A DNA stretch of 64,000 bases from the NCBI GenBank assembly GCA_964456235.1, contig CAYWDX010000002.1, positions 14,061-78,060 on the forward strand, given 5' to 3'. The position numbers and the translations under genes were made by a program. Positions 48,011 to 58,407 of the stretch are shown here, piece by piece. The notes under the pieces are model-generated. The model worked only from the letters and a program-made list of their open reading frames with translations, did not search any database and was not told the origin of the DNA. Source of the DNA: an uncultured Candidatus Saccharibacteria bacterium (lineage in GTDB: Bacteria > Patescibacteriota > Minisyncoccia > UBA6257 > 2-01-FULL-56-20). Positions within the stretch are counted from its first letter, which is position 1. Each line of letters starts with the position of its first letter.

Positions 48011-49819
48011 TTATTTCTCTGCCCGCTTGCGGTCCGTCTCGGTTAAATACTTCTTGCGGATGCGGATATTCTGCGGCGTCACTTCAACCAATTCCTCGTC
48101 GGAAATATAATCGAGCGAATCCTCAAGGGAAAGATTGAGCGGGGTTTCGAGATCATCCGAAATGCCTTCATTTTTGGCACGGAAATTGTTGAGTTGCTTT
48201 TCGCGCGCAACATGTACCATAACGTCGCCTTCTTTTGCATTCTCCCCGACCACCATCCCCTCGTAAACGGCCACGCCAGGCGCAATAAAAAGCTGCCCCC
48301 TGCCTTGGGCGGTCAGCAAACCGTAGGCGCGCGCAGCACCCGCTTCGGTCGCCACAATCGAGCCATGAGGAATTGCGCTGATGTCGCCCTTATACGCCGC
48401 ATAACCAAGAAAAATACTGTTCATGATGCCGGTCCCCTTGGTTGAGGTTAAAAATTTATTACGGATTCCGATGAGGCCGCGCGTTGGAACCTCAAAATCC
48501 ATGAAGGCGATTTTTTTATCATCCATCTTCATGTTTTTCATTTGACCGAGACGCTTTCCCATCATTTCGATTACCACGCCAGAATATTGCTCGGGCACTT
48601 CAATGGAAACAAGCTCCATCGGCTCAAGTTTTTTTCCATCTTCTTCTTTGAGAATGACCTGCGGCTTCGAAACTTCGACTTCAAATCCTTCGCGCCGCAT
48701 CTTTTCAATGAGAATAGCGAGGTGAAGTTCGCCGCGCCCGGCGACAATCCAGCGGTCGGTGGATTCGGTGGGCGTCACCTTGAGGGCGACGTCGGTTTCA
48801 AGCTCTTTTTCGAGACGTTCTTTTAAGTTGCGCGAGGTGGTGAACTTGCCTTCTCTGCCGCGGAATGGCGACGTGTTCACGGCGAAGGTCATCTTAATGG
48901 TCGGCTCATCGATTGCGATCGTGGGAAGTGGGATAGGGCGGTCGGAGTCAGAAATAGTTTCCCCGATCGTGATATCAGGAATGCCGGCGATCGCTACAAT
49001 GTCGCCCGCTTCGGCGGTGTCGACATCAACGCGTCCCAGCCCATCAAACAGCATCACGGAAGTAAGCGTTGCTTTTTTGATGCCGCCATCGCGCGTCACG
49101 TGTGCCACCGTCCCGGTTTTACGCAGGGTGCCCGAATACAATCTACCAACCGCGATCTTTCCCTTGTAATTGTCATACGCGAGATTCACGGCAAGGAACT
49201 GCAGCACGTCGGGATGGTCGCTCAATTTTGGCGCCGGAATATATTTTATGATCGCTTCAAAAACAGGCTCAATATCTTTCATCGCGGAAAGGTCTTTGTC
49301 GAGGCCGGCTTTCCCTTCGCGCGCGGCTGCATAGATCACCGGAAACTCGATCTGTTCTTCGCTTGCGTCAAGCTCGAAGAAAAGATCGTAGGTCGCATTG
49401 AGTGCCCACTCCGGGCGCGCGTCCGGCTTGTCAATTTTATTGATGACCACAATCACTTTATGGCCGGCCTGGATCGCTTTGCGCAACACAAATTTCGTTT
49501 GCGGCATCGGCCCCTCTTTGGCATCAACGAGAAGAAGCACGCCGTCTACCATGCGCATGATGCGCTCCACCTCGCCGCCAAAATCGGCGTGGCCAGGCGT
49601 GTCTACGATATTAATTTTTGTGTCCTTGTACATGACCGCCGCATTTTTCGAAAAGATGGTGATGCCCCGCTCGCGCTCCAGCTCGTTCGAATCCATAATG
49701 AGCTCGCTCGCCGCGCCGGTCTTCAATTTGAAATTCGCGCTTTGCTTGAGGAGCGCGTCAACGAGCGTCGTCTTCCCATGGTCAACGTGGGCGATGATTG
49801 CAATATTCCGCAGGTCCAT
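48011..49819 (-). CDS. typA: Translational GTPase TypA/BipA
   Basis: G1 AHVDHGKTT, G3 DTPGH, G4 NKID, and an EF-G-like domain order. Confidence 0.9.
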   Translation of the reverse strand: MDLRNIAIIAHVDHGKTTLVDALLKQSANFKLKTGAASELIMDSNELERERGITIFSKNAAVMYKDTKINIVDTPGHADFGGEVERIMRMVDGVLLLVDAKEGPMPQTKFVLRKAIQAGHKVIVVINKIDKPDARPEWALNATYDLFFELDASEEQIEFPVIYAAAREGKAGLDKDLSAMKDIEPVFEAIIKYIPAPKLSDHPDVLQFLAVNLAYDNYKGKIAVGRLYSGTLRKTGTVAHVTRDGGIKKATLTSVMLFDGLGRVDVDTAEAGDIVAIAGIPDITIGETISDSDRPIPLPTIAIDEPTIKMTFAVNTSPFRGREGKFTTSRNLKERLEKELETDVALKVTPTESTDRWIVAGRGELHLAILIEKMRREGFEVEVSKPQVILKEEDGKKLEPMELVSIEVPEQYSGVVIEMMGKRLGQMKNMKMDDKKIAFMDFEVPTRGLIGIRNKFLTSTKGTGIMNSIFLGYAAYKGDISAIPHGSIVATEAGAARAYGLLTAQGRGQLFIAPGVAVYEGMVVGENAKEGDVMVHVAREKQLNNFRAKNEGISDDLETPLNLSLEDSLDYISDEELVEVTPQNIRIRKKYLTETDRKRAEK

Positions 49820-49880
49820 AATAATAGTTGAGGGCGGCAATGCACCGCCCATCACGAGTAGAAATTATATCAGAAATTGG

Positions 49881-50615
49881 CTAAAAACTCAAGAGCGTCT
49901 CCCACTTCGCATAGAGCTCACGCGTGGCCCGCAGATCAAGCGCATTATATTTCGCAATCTCCAAAAACTTTTTCTTTTTGAAGAGCGGCCCGACATCTTC
50001 CCCGGTCACGCCACCTGACTTTGGGCTCGGAATGTCGAAAGCGCGCGTCCAGAGATGCAAACTCCCCTTGCGCCGCACGGCACCATAAAAGGACAGTTGT
50101 TCGGCGAGGTCAATATGAAGCGCTTCGGGATTGTTCTGATAGAGATAGCGCCCGCGCATCAGGTCTTTCGTTGGTCGAATACCATGGATTGCAGAGCGGA
50201 TCATCAAAAACGGCATATCGAATGCACGGCCATTAAACGTGATGAAGACCTGGTAACGCGCGGCGAGCTCCCAAAATTTTTGGAGCATGTCCTTTTCGGA
50301 CATCGATTTATAGGCGATCCCCTCCTCTTTTAATTCATTGGTCTTTTGGCCAGGTGCCTGATAATAAACTCCGCCCTCGTTTTTGTGATAATCGAGAACG
50401 CCGATCGCCACAATTTCGCCGGTGAGCGGCGAAAAACCGAGGCCACTTTTTAAATCTTTCAAAGCGCGCTGATATTCTTCTTCATTGTCGGCATCCTTGC
50501 GGATCCAGCGCGTTAAATTCTCTTGCGTCGCATCATCAAGACTCTCGAAATCCTCGCCTATCGTTTCAATATCGAGAATAAGTTTGTTCGTTGCAGCCAT
50601 TGACGTTTGCTCCAT
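49881..50615 (-). CDS. RNase H-like 3'-5' exonuclease (DEDD family, PolB-exonuclease-like, standalone)
   Basis: Exo [10 protein letters not shown], Exo II-like [11 protein letters not shown], and a C-terminal YxxxD-like [11 protein letters not shown]. Confidence 0.6.
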   Translation of the reverse strand: MEQTSMAATNKLILDIETIGEDFESLDDATQENLTRWIRKDADNEEEYQRALKDLKSGLGFSPLTGEIVAIGVLDYHKNEGGVYYQAPGQKTNELKEEGIAYKSMSEKDMLQKFWELAARYQVFITFNGRAFDMPFLMIRSAIHGIRPTKDLMRGRYLYQNNPEALHIDLAEQLSFYGAVRRKGSLHLWTRAFDIPSPKSGGVTGEDVGPLFKKKKFLEIAKYNALDLRATRELYAKWETLLSF

Positions 50616-50638
50616 TTTACCATAGAATTGAGGGCGAT

Positions 50639-50914
50639 ATGGCACATACCAAAGCCCTCGGATCAACTAAATTAGGGCGTGATTCTATCTCAAAGCGCCT
50701 CGGCGTGAAGATCAATCATGGTGCGAAAGTTGCGATTGGGCAAATTATTGTTCGCCAGCGCGGGACGAAATATATGCCAGGAGCGAACGTGATGCGCGCC
50801 GGCGACGACACGCTCTATGCGGCAAAAACCGGTATCGTGAACTTCGCTGAAAAAACAAAGCAGCAGTTCGACGGATCAAAGCGCAAGACAACCCTCGTCA
50901 CCATAAAGGTGTAG
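50639..50914 (+). CDS. rpmA: 50S ribosomal protein L27
   Basis: [24 protein letters not shown]...IIVRQRGT matches the L27 consensus. Confidence 0.9.
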   Translation: MAHTKALGSTKLGRDSISKRLGVKINHGAKVAIGQIIVRQRGTKYMPGANVMRAGDDTLYAAKTGIVNFAEKTKQQFDGSKRKTTLVTIKV

Positions 50915-50964
50915 GCAGCAAAAACATAATAAAAGGTCCGGCACCGTCACGCCGGGCTTTTTAA

Positions 50965-51411
50965 TTAGGCCTTTTTGATAATTATTTTGAGATTGGCGGT
51001 GATGCCCTTTTTTAGGCCGATCGATACGGTGTGCTCGCCAACTTCTTTTAATGGATATTTAAGATCGAGGTCGACGCGCTCTTTGGTAACCAAACCATGC
51101 TCGCGGAGCGCTTTCAGGATCGTGTCTTTGTTCACGGCACCAAAGAGCGCGCCGGACTGGTCGGCGCGCAATTCAAATTCAAGTTTTGTTCCTGTAATGT
51201 TTCGTGCGATTTCATTCAGGCGATCTCGAAGTGCGGCATCTTCCTTCACGGACTCCGCCTTCAGCGCCTCAAGGTGTTTCAGCGCACCAGGCGTGGCCGG
51301 TTCGGCCAGCGCGTTGATAAAAAGAAAATTGCGCGCGTAACCATCGCTCACCTCTTTCACCTCATATTTTTTCCCAATCTTCCGGACCTCTTGGAGCAGA
51401 ATGACTTTCAT
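50965..51411 (-). CDS. rplI: 50S ribosomal protein L9
   Basis: [31 protein letters not shown]-terminal L9 domain. 148 aa. Confidence 0.85.
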   Translation of the reverse strand: MKVILLQEVRKIGKKYEVKEVSDGYARNFLFINALAEPATPGALKHLEALKAESVKEDAALRDRLNEIARNITGTKLEFELRADQSGALFGAVNKDTILKALREHGLVTKERVDLDLKYPLKEVGEHTVSIGLKKGITANLKIIIKKA

Positions 51412-51419
51412 GTCGAACC

Positions 51420-52670
51420 TTACCCGCCGATTTCCGCACTCAATACCTGGAGTGCTCTTTCGAGTTGTTGATCGACGCCGGCCGTGGACGTTCCGGCCGT
51501 ACCGGCTATACCGGAAACCGTGCTTGAAACGGCAATGTCGGGCACAAGGCCGTCGTGATCGAGGATGCGGCCCGACGGCAACACCCAATGCGCGACCGTC
51601 AACTTGATAGCCGAACCGTCAGACAAGGGCTCCAATTCTTGCACCGTTCCTTTGCCGAACGTCTTCTCGCCAATAAGTTTTATGCCTCGGTCGTCATGGA
51701 GCGCACCCGCGAGAATTTCAGCAGCGGATGCGGACCCGCCATTCACGAGCACCACGAGCGGCATGGTCGAGAGCGCCCCATCGCCCGAAGCCTTATAATT
51801 TTGCTCGGGCACCGTGCGCCCGACCTCTTTTACGACGAGTGTGTTTGGTTTCAAGAAATATCCCGAAAGGTCAACGGCAACTTCCAGATAACCACCGGGA
51901 TTATCGCGAAGATCGAGAATGATCCCTTGCGCCTTCGCGTCCACGGCTTTCACGAGAGCCTGGTAGAACGCGGGTTCGGCGTCCTGCGTGAATTCCGCAA
52001 GCGTGATATGCGCAACGTCGCCTTTCATTTCCAGTTGAACATTGGGAACCTGGATCGTTTCCCGCATGATCGTGAACTTGCGCGGGCTGCTCCACCCGGC
52101 ACGTAGGACCATGAGCGTAACGCTGGTTCCCTCCGGCCCGCGAATCAAATGGACCGCTTGATCCACATTCATCCCTGCCGTCGAGGTTCCGTTGATCGAG
52201 GTTATGATGTCGCGCGCCCTGAGGCCGGCTGCTTCGGCGGGAGTTCCCTTCAGCGGTGCGATCACCACGACATCGCCGCTCGCATTTAAGCCGAGCTGCG
52301 CGCCGATCCCGCCAAAGTCACCGGTTATGTCTTCCTGAAATTGTTTATTGCTCTGCGGATCAAAAAATTCTGAATAAGGATCGCCGAGTGAATTTACCAA
52401 GCCGTTGATTGATCCATATACTTTTTGCTGCGGCGTCGTACTCGGTTCGCGAAGATAATTATCCTTAATCACCTGCCACGCCTCCCAAAACGTCCCAAAA
52501 TTTGCCGCGGTCGAGGTTGGGGTATCGATGTTTGCAACACCGGTTACCATAATATTTTCGGGGACTTTCCGGCCCGCCGCATAACCAAGCCAAATGCCGC
52601 TTATGAGTAGGCCTAAGCCAGCAACAACGGCCAGCGCGAAGCCCGCTATTTTTTTAATGATGCTCTGCAT
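51420..52670 (-). CDS. ctpA: Carboxyl-terminal processing protease (S41 family, with a PDZ domain)
   Basis: N-terminal TM, a PDZ segment, the catalytic [13 protein letters not shown] Ser box, and the Lys region. Confidence 0.85.
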   Translation of the reverse strand: MQSIIKKIAGFALAVVAGLGLLISGIWLGYAAGRKVPENIMVTGVANIDTPTSTAANFGTFWEAWQVIKDNYLREPSTTPQQKVYGSINGLVNSLGDPYSEFFDPQSNKQFQEDITGDFGGIGAQLGLNASGDVVVIAPLKGTPAEAAGLRARDIITSINGTSTAGMNVDQAVHLIRGPEGTSVTLMVLRAGWSSPRKFTIMRETIQVPNVQLEMKGDVAHITLAEFTQDAEPAFYQALVKAVDAKAQGIILDLRDNPGGYLEVAVDLSGYFLKPNTLVVKEVGRTVPEQNYKASGDGALSTMPLVVLVNGGSASAAEILAGALHDDRGIKLIGEKTFGKGTVQELEPLSDGSAIKLTVAHWVLPSGRILDHDGLVPDIAVSSTVSGIAGTAGTSTAGVDQQLERALQVLSAEIGG

Positions 52671-52737
52671 GTACGCTCCAGTATATCATCGCATGAAATG
52701 CCTGACAAAAAGCGGCGGTTGGATTAACATTATATTC

Positions 52738-53088
52738 ATGGTCCCGGCGAAATCTGCCTATCTCGCGGAGCTCGCACGGCGCGCCAAAGAGTCGCACGTC
52801 TATCGAAAATACCAACTCCTGGGACTCGAAATCGCCGCCGCGCTCCACGACGAGCGGCACAAATCGCTTTACATCAAGCTGGCAAAAGAGCGCGGCGGCG
52901 AGCAGCTGTTGCGCCTAGCAAAGGATGTGGCGCAACGACGAGACGTGAGGAACCACGGGGCGTATTTCATGACACTGGTAAAGGCGAGCTCGCCGCGGCA
53001 GTCTATTCGCCCACCGCGCCGCTCCCAAAAAATTAATACTGGAATGCGGAAGCGCGGGGGTATTAAAAGAAAAACCGATGCAAAATGA
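52738..53088 (+). CDS. Hypothetical basic protein (about 115 aa)
   Basis: ORF lying between ctpA and def with no recognisable motifs. Could instead be leader sequence. Confidence 0.25.
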   Translation: MVPAKSAYLAELARRAKESHVYRKYQLLGLEIAAALHDERHKSLYIKLAKERGGEQLLRLAKDVAQRRDVRNHGAYFMTLVKASSPRQSIRPPRRSQKINTGMRKRGGIKRKTDAK

Positions 53089-53623
53089 AATTTTAGTGAT
53101 CGGCGAGAAAAGAGAGGAAAAAATCCTCCGCAAAAAGGCGGAGCCATTTGATTTTTCGAAATTTTCCAAAAAAGAAGTGAATGACGTGATCGTTCGCATG
53201 CGCCGCGTCATGCGCGAAGCGAACGGCATCGGCCTTTCCGCAAACCAGATCGGCCTTCCGTATGCCGTTTTTGTGGCCGAAGTGCCGGGCGCGCAGGGCG
53301 AGAACAAATTTTATTCCGTGTTTAATCCGCGCCTCGAAAAAACGGCCGGCGAGCCGGTTATTTTTGAAGAGGGGTGTTTAAGTATTCCTGGCAAGTGGGG
53401 CAACGTGACGCGCCCCGAGCAAGTGACGGTAAGCGGCTTCGACAAAACCGGCAAGCCGACCAAGATCAAGGCCTGGGGCCTCCTTGCGCGCGTCTTCCAG
53501 CACGAGATTGACCACTTAAACGGTAAATTATTTATTGATCGTACGCGAGACGTGTATGGCAGCGAAAAAAGTACACCCGTCACCGAACCCCGCAATCGCA
53601 CCGCGAACCGCACAACCAAATGA
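53078..53623 (+). CDS. def: Peptide deformylase
   Basis: Motifs GIGLSANQ, EGCLS and HEIDHL. Confidence 0.9.
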   Translation: MQNEILVIGEKREEKILRKKAEPFDFSKFSKKEVNDVIVRMRRVMREANGIGLSANQIGLPYAVFVAEVPGAQGENKFYSVFNPRLEKTAGEPVIFEEGCLSIPGKWGNVTRPEQVTVSGFDKTGKPTKIKAWGLLARVFQHEIDHLNGKLFIDRTRDVYGSEKSTPVTEPRNRTANRTTK

Positions 53624-54489
53624 AATATATCTTTTTTGGAACGCCGCGCTTTGCGGCCATCGTCCTCCAGAAGCTGCTCGACGCCGGCATGCCGCCCGTC
53701 GCCGTCGTTTGCAACCCAGACCGGCCTTCGGGCCGCCGGCAGGTCATGACGCCGCCGCCGGTGAAAGCGCTGATCGAGGAATATGCGCATGAACACCACA
53801 AGCAGATCGCCATTTTACAGCCAGAGATGCTCGACGCCGCATTCTTTACGCATGTCGCCGCACTCGCGCCAGACTTTTTCATCGTAGCCGCTTACGCAAA
53901 AATTTTGCCGCAACTTATTTTAGAAATCCCGCGCCTCGGCACGATCGGCGTCCACCCCTCACTCCTCCCGAAATATCGAGGCCCTTCCCCCATCCAGTCG
54001 GCCATCCTTGAGGGCGCACACGAGACCGGCATTTCACTCTACCTAATGGATGCAAAAATGGATCATGGTCCGACCCTTTCTCACATTAAAATTCCATTAA
54101 ATCCGTTGGCGGTGAATTATTACACGCTCGAGGGCGAGCTCGCGGCGCGCGGCGGCGAACTGCTCGCAAAAATTATCCCGGATTTTGTCGATGGCGACCT
54201 CGAAGCGATCGTCCAAAACGATATTGACGCGACGTATACTAAAAAATTCATGACCGAGGACGCGCACATTGACCCGCACGAACTCCTGCGCGCCGAGCAT
54301 GGCGACGATGAAACGCTCGCCAAAGAAATTCTGCGCAAAATCAACGCATTCACGCCAGAGCCGGGCGCATGGACCATCCGCGACGCGAAACGCGTGAAGA
54401 TTCTCGCCGCCCTGATGGATGGGCGAAAATTGAAACTAACGCGCATCCACCGCGAAGGCGAAAAGATGCCCGTCAAAGATCCTGATTAG
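53620..54489 (+). CDS. fmt: Methionyl-tRNA formyltransferase
   Basis: N-terminal formyltransferase fold (FFGTP, HPSLLP) and a C-terminal domain. ATGA overlap with def. Confidence 0.9.
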   Translation: MKYIFFGTPRFAAIVLQKLLDAGMPPVAVVCNPDRPSGRRQVMTPPPVKALIEEYAHEHHKQIAILQPEMLDAAFFTHVAALAPDFFIVAAYAKILPQLILEIPRLGTIGVHPSLLPKYRGPSPIQSAILEGAHETGISLYLMDAKMDHGPTLSHIKIPLNPLAVNYYTLEGELAARGGELLAKIIPDFVDGDLEAIVQNDIDATYTKKFMTEDAHIDPHELLRAEHGDDETLAKEILRKINAFTPEPGAWTIRDAKRVKILAALMDGRKLKLTRIHREGEKMPVKDPD

Positions 54490-54498
54490 TCGGGGCCG

Positions 54499-56589
54499 TT
54501 AGCTTTTTCTCCCTTCTTCTTCGATCTGCCAGATTTCCTTGCCAATATAGCGGCGCGTGGCCTCGAGGTCGGCGCGGAGTTTTTCCTCGCGCGCGCGTTC
54601 TTCAGCAGAGAACGTGCCGCTCACCTTGAGACGCTGGACAGCGGCGAGTTCCGTTTCAATGTCGCGGCTTAACACCAGGAACCCGCGCCGGAGCGACTCC
54701 TCTGCCTCGCGGATAAGTCCTTCGAGATGCCCGCGCTTCGTCCGCGCACGCCGCATGAACGTGATGACGAGAACCAGGAGAACGAGCGCCGCGATAAGAG
54801 AGACTATAAATAGCCCGAAGTAAAACTCTGCATAATCGAGGCGCGCGGCACCGAGTTGGATGGCGGTCGGCGAAACCGTGATATTAACGCGCGCGGAGGG
54901 TGAACTCACGGCATCGCCCGACTTAAGCTCGGCCCAGGCCGCATAATGCCCGCTGTTTAAAAGCTGCGGGAACGAATAGAACCAGTTGCCGTCATCGCCC
55001 GTCGCCGTCGTACCCGAAAACGTATTTCCAGTTTCCGTCTGCTCAATATAAATTTGCACGGTCGCGCGGGGCGCGTTCGCCCATCCGCCAAGATAGAGCA
55101 CTTCATCATTGCCAAGCGAAGTCGGGTAAAGATTCACGAGCGGCGGGCTCAGTGTTAACGCGCCTGCGGCGCGGGCGGGCGGCGCCTGCAGACCGACCCG
55201 CAGTAACCCCGCACCAGCAAGCAGAATGAGGATGGCGACCACTTTCTTTTTCAGAATCGCTTCGTACTCTTTTTGCTTCGCCTTCAACTCGGCCAGCTTC
55301 GCTGCGATGTCGGGGTGCGCCGCCGCTCCTCTTTCTAGACGCTCTTCAAGAGTCCGATGTAAGCGCCACACCTTCCGGAGGAGATATGCAAGAAGCAAGA
55401 TGGCAAGGAGCGCGATCAGGATGAGATATGGCCACGCAAACACCAATCCGCCGGCAATTTGCACGCCGCCGGGCGAAACAATTTGGAAGAAAGGCGTTAC
55501 CAGCGCCAAATTCGTAGTCGCTTGATAATAATTCCCAGCAACGTCGTATGCCCGCACCACGATGTCGTAATGGCCGAGGGGCAGGTGCAGCAGATATGGC
55601 GAGGTAGCCTCAATGAAGAATGGTTTTTGGCCATTGCTCGACGTTGGAGCCGACAGATTCGGATTGAGCGGAATAACTTTCAGTTCATAATGATCAATGC
55701 CCGAAACCGCATCGGTAGTCTCGAACTGAAGAACGGGGCTTTGGTCAGAGGTGTAATTACTGGGAGAAATTTGTATGTTCATCGCAGCGGGCGGCGTCGA
55801 ATCAATGTGGATGGCATAATGCGTCACCCCGCCCCACAAACCATTCCGCAACGTCTTAATGTGGAAATAGTGGGTTCCATCGGGCAGATTCGGATAACTC
55901 ACCGACGTGGCCGCGCCCCGCGAAACATCGGGGGGCGCATCGATAGGCGTGTCATTTAGGACATAGCCATATCCATCGGCGGGCACCGACCCGGGTGACC
56001 ACTCAAACGCCGCCGTGGCGCTGTTGTACCACTTCGATTGATCGGGATCAGTCGGCGAAGTTACCGCAGGCCCGGCCGGCGGCGGAACCGTGAGCGTATA
56101 AACGCCGTTCGTCGTTTGGCCGAGGATGTCGGTCCCCTGGCCGTTATTCAAAAGGACTTTTGACGCATCCAAAAATTTTACGACCGCAGAGCCGGTGCCG
56201 ACGACCCGGAATGTGACGGTTGAAATTAAACCGGCGTTCGTCGCGATGCCGGGATTCGGAAGTGCGCCCACAAAATGGAGCGTGCCGTCAATGTTCGAGA
56301 AGCTCGGCTGCGTGACCCAGGTGCTGATGAACGAGTTCCCGGTGCTCGGCGAGACTACTTGCAGTTTATCCCGCGGGAAACTGAGATCCGCTTCAACGGC
56401 ATTAATAGAATGACCGCCGCTGTTTACATAAAGGGAAATCGTAAAGGTGCTGCCGACCACAAATGATCCCGCTGCTGGCGATATAAAAAGAGACGCCTCG
56501 GCAGCATGAGCGATGCCTCCGAGAGGCAAGATAAAAGCTAAAAGAGGCCAGGCGACGAAATAGAAACTCGCTTTACGGAGAACTCTCAT
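54499..56589 (-). CDS. Surface protein with an N-terminal cohesin-like domain and an internally duplicated module (ectodomain, TM, cytoplasmic coiled coil), repeated twice
   Basis: Signal peptide, then SLFISPAAGSFVVGSTFTISLYVNSGGHSINAVEADLSFPRDKLQVVS (a cohesin-like beta-sandwich start). There are two TM segments, each followed by an Arg/Glu-rich coiled coil. Confidence 0.6.
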   Translation of the reverse strand: MRVLRKASFYFVAWPLLAFILPLGGIAHAAEASLFISPAAGSFVVGSTFTISLYVNSGGHSINAVEADLSFPRDKLQVVSPSTGNSFISTWVTQPSFSNIDGTLHFVGALPNPGIATNAGLISTVTFRVVGTGSAVVKFLDASKVLLNNGQGTDILGQTTNGVYTLTVPPPAGPAVTSPTDPDQSKWYNSATAAFEWSPGSVPADGYGYVLNDTPIDAPPDVSRGAATSVSYPNLPDGTHYFHIKTLRNGLWGGVTHYAIHIDSTPPAAMNIQISPSNYTSDQSPVLQFETTDAVSGIDHYELKVIPLNPNLSAPTSSNGQKPFFIEATSPYLLHLPLGHYDIVVRAYDVAGNYYQATTNLALVTPFFQIVSPGGVQIAGGLVFAWPYLILIALLAILLLAYLLRKVWRLHRTLEERLERGAAAHPDIAAKLAELKAKQKEYEAILKKKVVAILILLAGAGLLRVGLQAPPARAAGALTLSPPLVNLYPTSLGNDEVLYLGGWANAPRATVQIYIEQTETGNTFSGTTATGDDGNWFYSFPQLLNSGHYAAWAELKSGDAVSSPSARVNITVSPTAIQLGAARLDYAEFYFGLFIVSLIAALVLLVLVITFMRRARTKRGHLEGLIREAEESLRRGFLVLSRDIETELAAVQRLKVSGTFSAEERAREEKLRADLEATRRYIGKEIWQIEEEGRKS

Positions 56590-56603
56590 CTTCTATTATT
56601 TTA

Positions 56604-57491
56604 TCACGTCCGCCAGTGAGTCAGATAGAGCAAGATGAAGACCAACACGATACCCCCGATGATTTTCCCGATACTCCAGAAAAACGTAGGCCAGTCATAG
56701 AGAAGGCGCTCCGCCACATTCCCGGCGTTATCGACGACGCGGACGTCGGCTGTCCACACGCGATTCGAGAGGGGTGCTGGATTTTGGATTCCCTGCCATC
56801 CGCCCCAGATGATGGCGGAACGAGTGCGCATTTCGACGCCCCTGATACCCGAATCTGCGTCGCTCACCAGGAAGCTCAAGAGCTTATGATTCGCATTGAA
56901 GGGGTCGCTGATGATCGACAGGAAAGAAATGGTGGGCGGATTTGAGTCGGCTCCAGCCAAGTTCGAGGCCGGCGACGGGGGCGCCGTAGAAGGAACGCTC
57001 CCGGGCGTTGTGGTGGAAGTTACGACGGTAATTGTAGCGCTATGGACTTGCGGCGTTACGCGCGTCCCCTTGCCGTTCGCCAAATAAATATATGACGGGC
57101 CGAATCCTAATCGCGCGGTGCCCGTTGCGACCGCAGCAAAACGTAACACCATCAACTTCCCGCCGATTCCTTCAAAAGAAGAAAATGATCCTCCATTGAA
57201 TGAAATCGTGCTGCCCGCAAAGGTCGGGAGATTTTGCCAAATGGAAATAAGCGACCCCGCGTTGTTCGTACCGACATACTTCAACGCGCTGCCAAAAACA
57301 TTGACACGAATCGCGAACGCATTAGCCGGCTGATCGCTATCCAACAGAACCGTCGCAAAAACATCACTGCCGACGGCCACAGAACTGGTTGGTGTTGCAA
57401 AATAAAGAGAAGCCGCACGGGCCGCCGCCGGCGCGCAGGCCGTGGCCACTACAAATAACGAAAGAACCGATGCAAAAAATATTCTCTTCAT
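56604..57491 (-). CDS. Cohesin-like domain surface protein with a C-terminal TM anchor
   Basis: Signal peptide, then SLYFATPTSSVAVGSDVFATVLLDS...ANAFAIRVNVFGSALKYVG (cohesin-like), and a C-terminal TM helix. Confidence 0.55.
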   Translation of the reverse strand: MKRIFFASVLSLFVVATACAPAAARAASLYFATPTSSVAVGSDVFATVLLDSDQPANAFAIRVNVFGSALKYVGTNNAGSLISIWQNLPTFAGSTISFNGGSFSSFEGIGGKLMVLRFAAVATGTARLGFGPSYIYLANGKGTRVTPQVHSATITVVTSTTTPGSVPSTAPPSPASNLAGADSNPPTISFLSIISDPFNANHKLLSFLVSDADSGIRGVEMRTRSAIIWGGWQGIQNPAPLSNRVWTADVRVVDNAGNVAERLLYDWPTFFWSIGKIIGGIVLVFILLYLTHWRT

Positions 57492-57496
57492 AGTGA

Positions 57497-58402
57497 TCAT
57501 CCAGTCCAACGATACATAAGAATTGAAACGTCGGGAAAATCAACGCACCCACTGTGGTTAAGGTCGAAGCGGCTTATGCCCGACCCGCACTCATCATAAT
57601 AATAGAGCAGAATCGATAGATCTATGATGTCCACCCGATTATCGCCATTAAAATCGGCCACCTGGAACGCCGGCGGCAAGAGCGGTGGGGCAATCGGAAA
57701 CGTCGAGGTGGCATACGGACTTCCTCCGCCTCCCCCGCCCGGTTGCGGGTTTGAGGGCGGGCCGCCGCCACCGCTACTTGGCGCAACCGCAGAAAGCTTG
57801 GGATAGCTCGCATAGCTGTTCAACGCCGCCCCTCCAGAATTAACCATCCTAAAAAACCATGCCGCGCTCGTCGTCGCCGAGAGATTTACGAGCGCCCAGT
57901 CCCATTCCCCAAAATCCCCCGAAAGGAGCGCCGTGGGCGTTGCTGCCGACGGGTTCGATTCGCCGTAGCTCTCCCCCACCGTTGACGAGCCGAGCAGAAG
58001 GGTGACGATAACTTGGCCGTCAGCGACGGATGGATTGTCCAAGAAGGCCCACGCGGTCGAAGTTGAAACATCGGTCCACGGCCCCGAGGTGGCATTCGCA
58101 TATTGCAGCGTGAACATGCCGCCCGCGGCGAAGGTCGCGCCCCCCAGGTTTGCAACGCTCATCCGCAAACGAATCTGAGAATTGATGTCGGGCGTGTCCG
58201 TTGCCGTTCCCTCTACCGCAAGCGGGATGGTTGGATCAAGGCCGTCAATATTTGCATACCAGCGGTATGCCTGCTCCGATAAAACCGTGACCGAAGGTGT
58301 TGCAGTCACCGTCGCGGGAACACTCGCCGCCTGTGCTGATAAAAAAGAAAGTCCGGGGACGAGGAGCAGGCTAAGAACCGCCGCGAACAATTTCCATTTC
58401 AT
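57497..58402 (-). CDS. Secreted protein with a C-terminal type-I dockerin (two Ca-binding repeats)
   Basis: DFNGDNRVDIIDLSILL and DLNHSGCVDFPDVSILM fit the dockerin repeat consensus DxNxDGxVDxxDLxxL. N-terminal signal peptide. Confidence 0.7.
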   Translation of the reverse strand: MKWKLFAAVLSLLLVPGLSFLSAQAASVPATVTATPSVTVLSEQAYRWYANIDGLDPTIPLAVEGTATDTPDINSQIRLRMSVANLGGATFAAGGMFTLQYANATSGPWTDVSTSTAWAFLDNPSVADGQVIVTLLLGSSTVGESYGESNPSAATPTALLSGDFGEWDWALVNLSATTSAAWFFRMVNSGGAALNSYASYPKLSAVAPSSGGGGPPSNPQPGGGGGGSPYATSTFPIAPPLLPPAFQVADFNGDNRVDIIDLSILLYYYDECGSGISRFDLNHSGCVDFPDVSILMYRWTG

Positions 58403-58407
58403 TGAAT

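Noticed and set aside
51555-52106. Plus-strand 183-aa ORF inside ctpA
   Set aside because: It is antisense to the S41 protease gene, which carries clear catalytic motifs.
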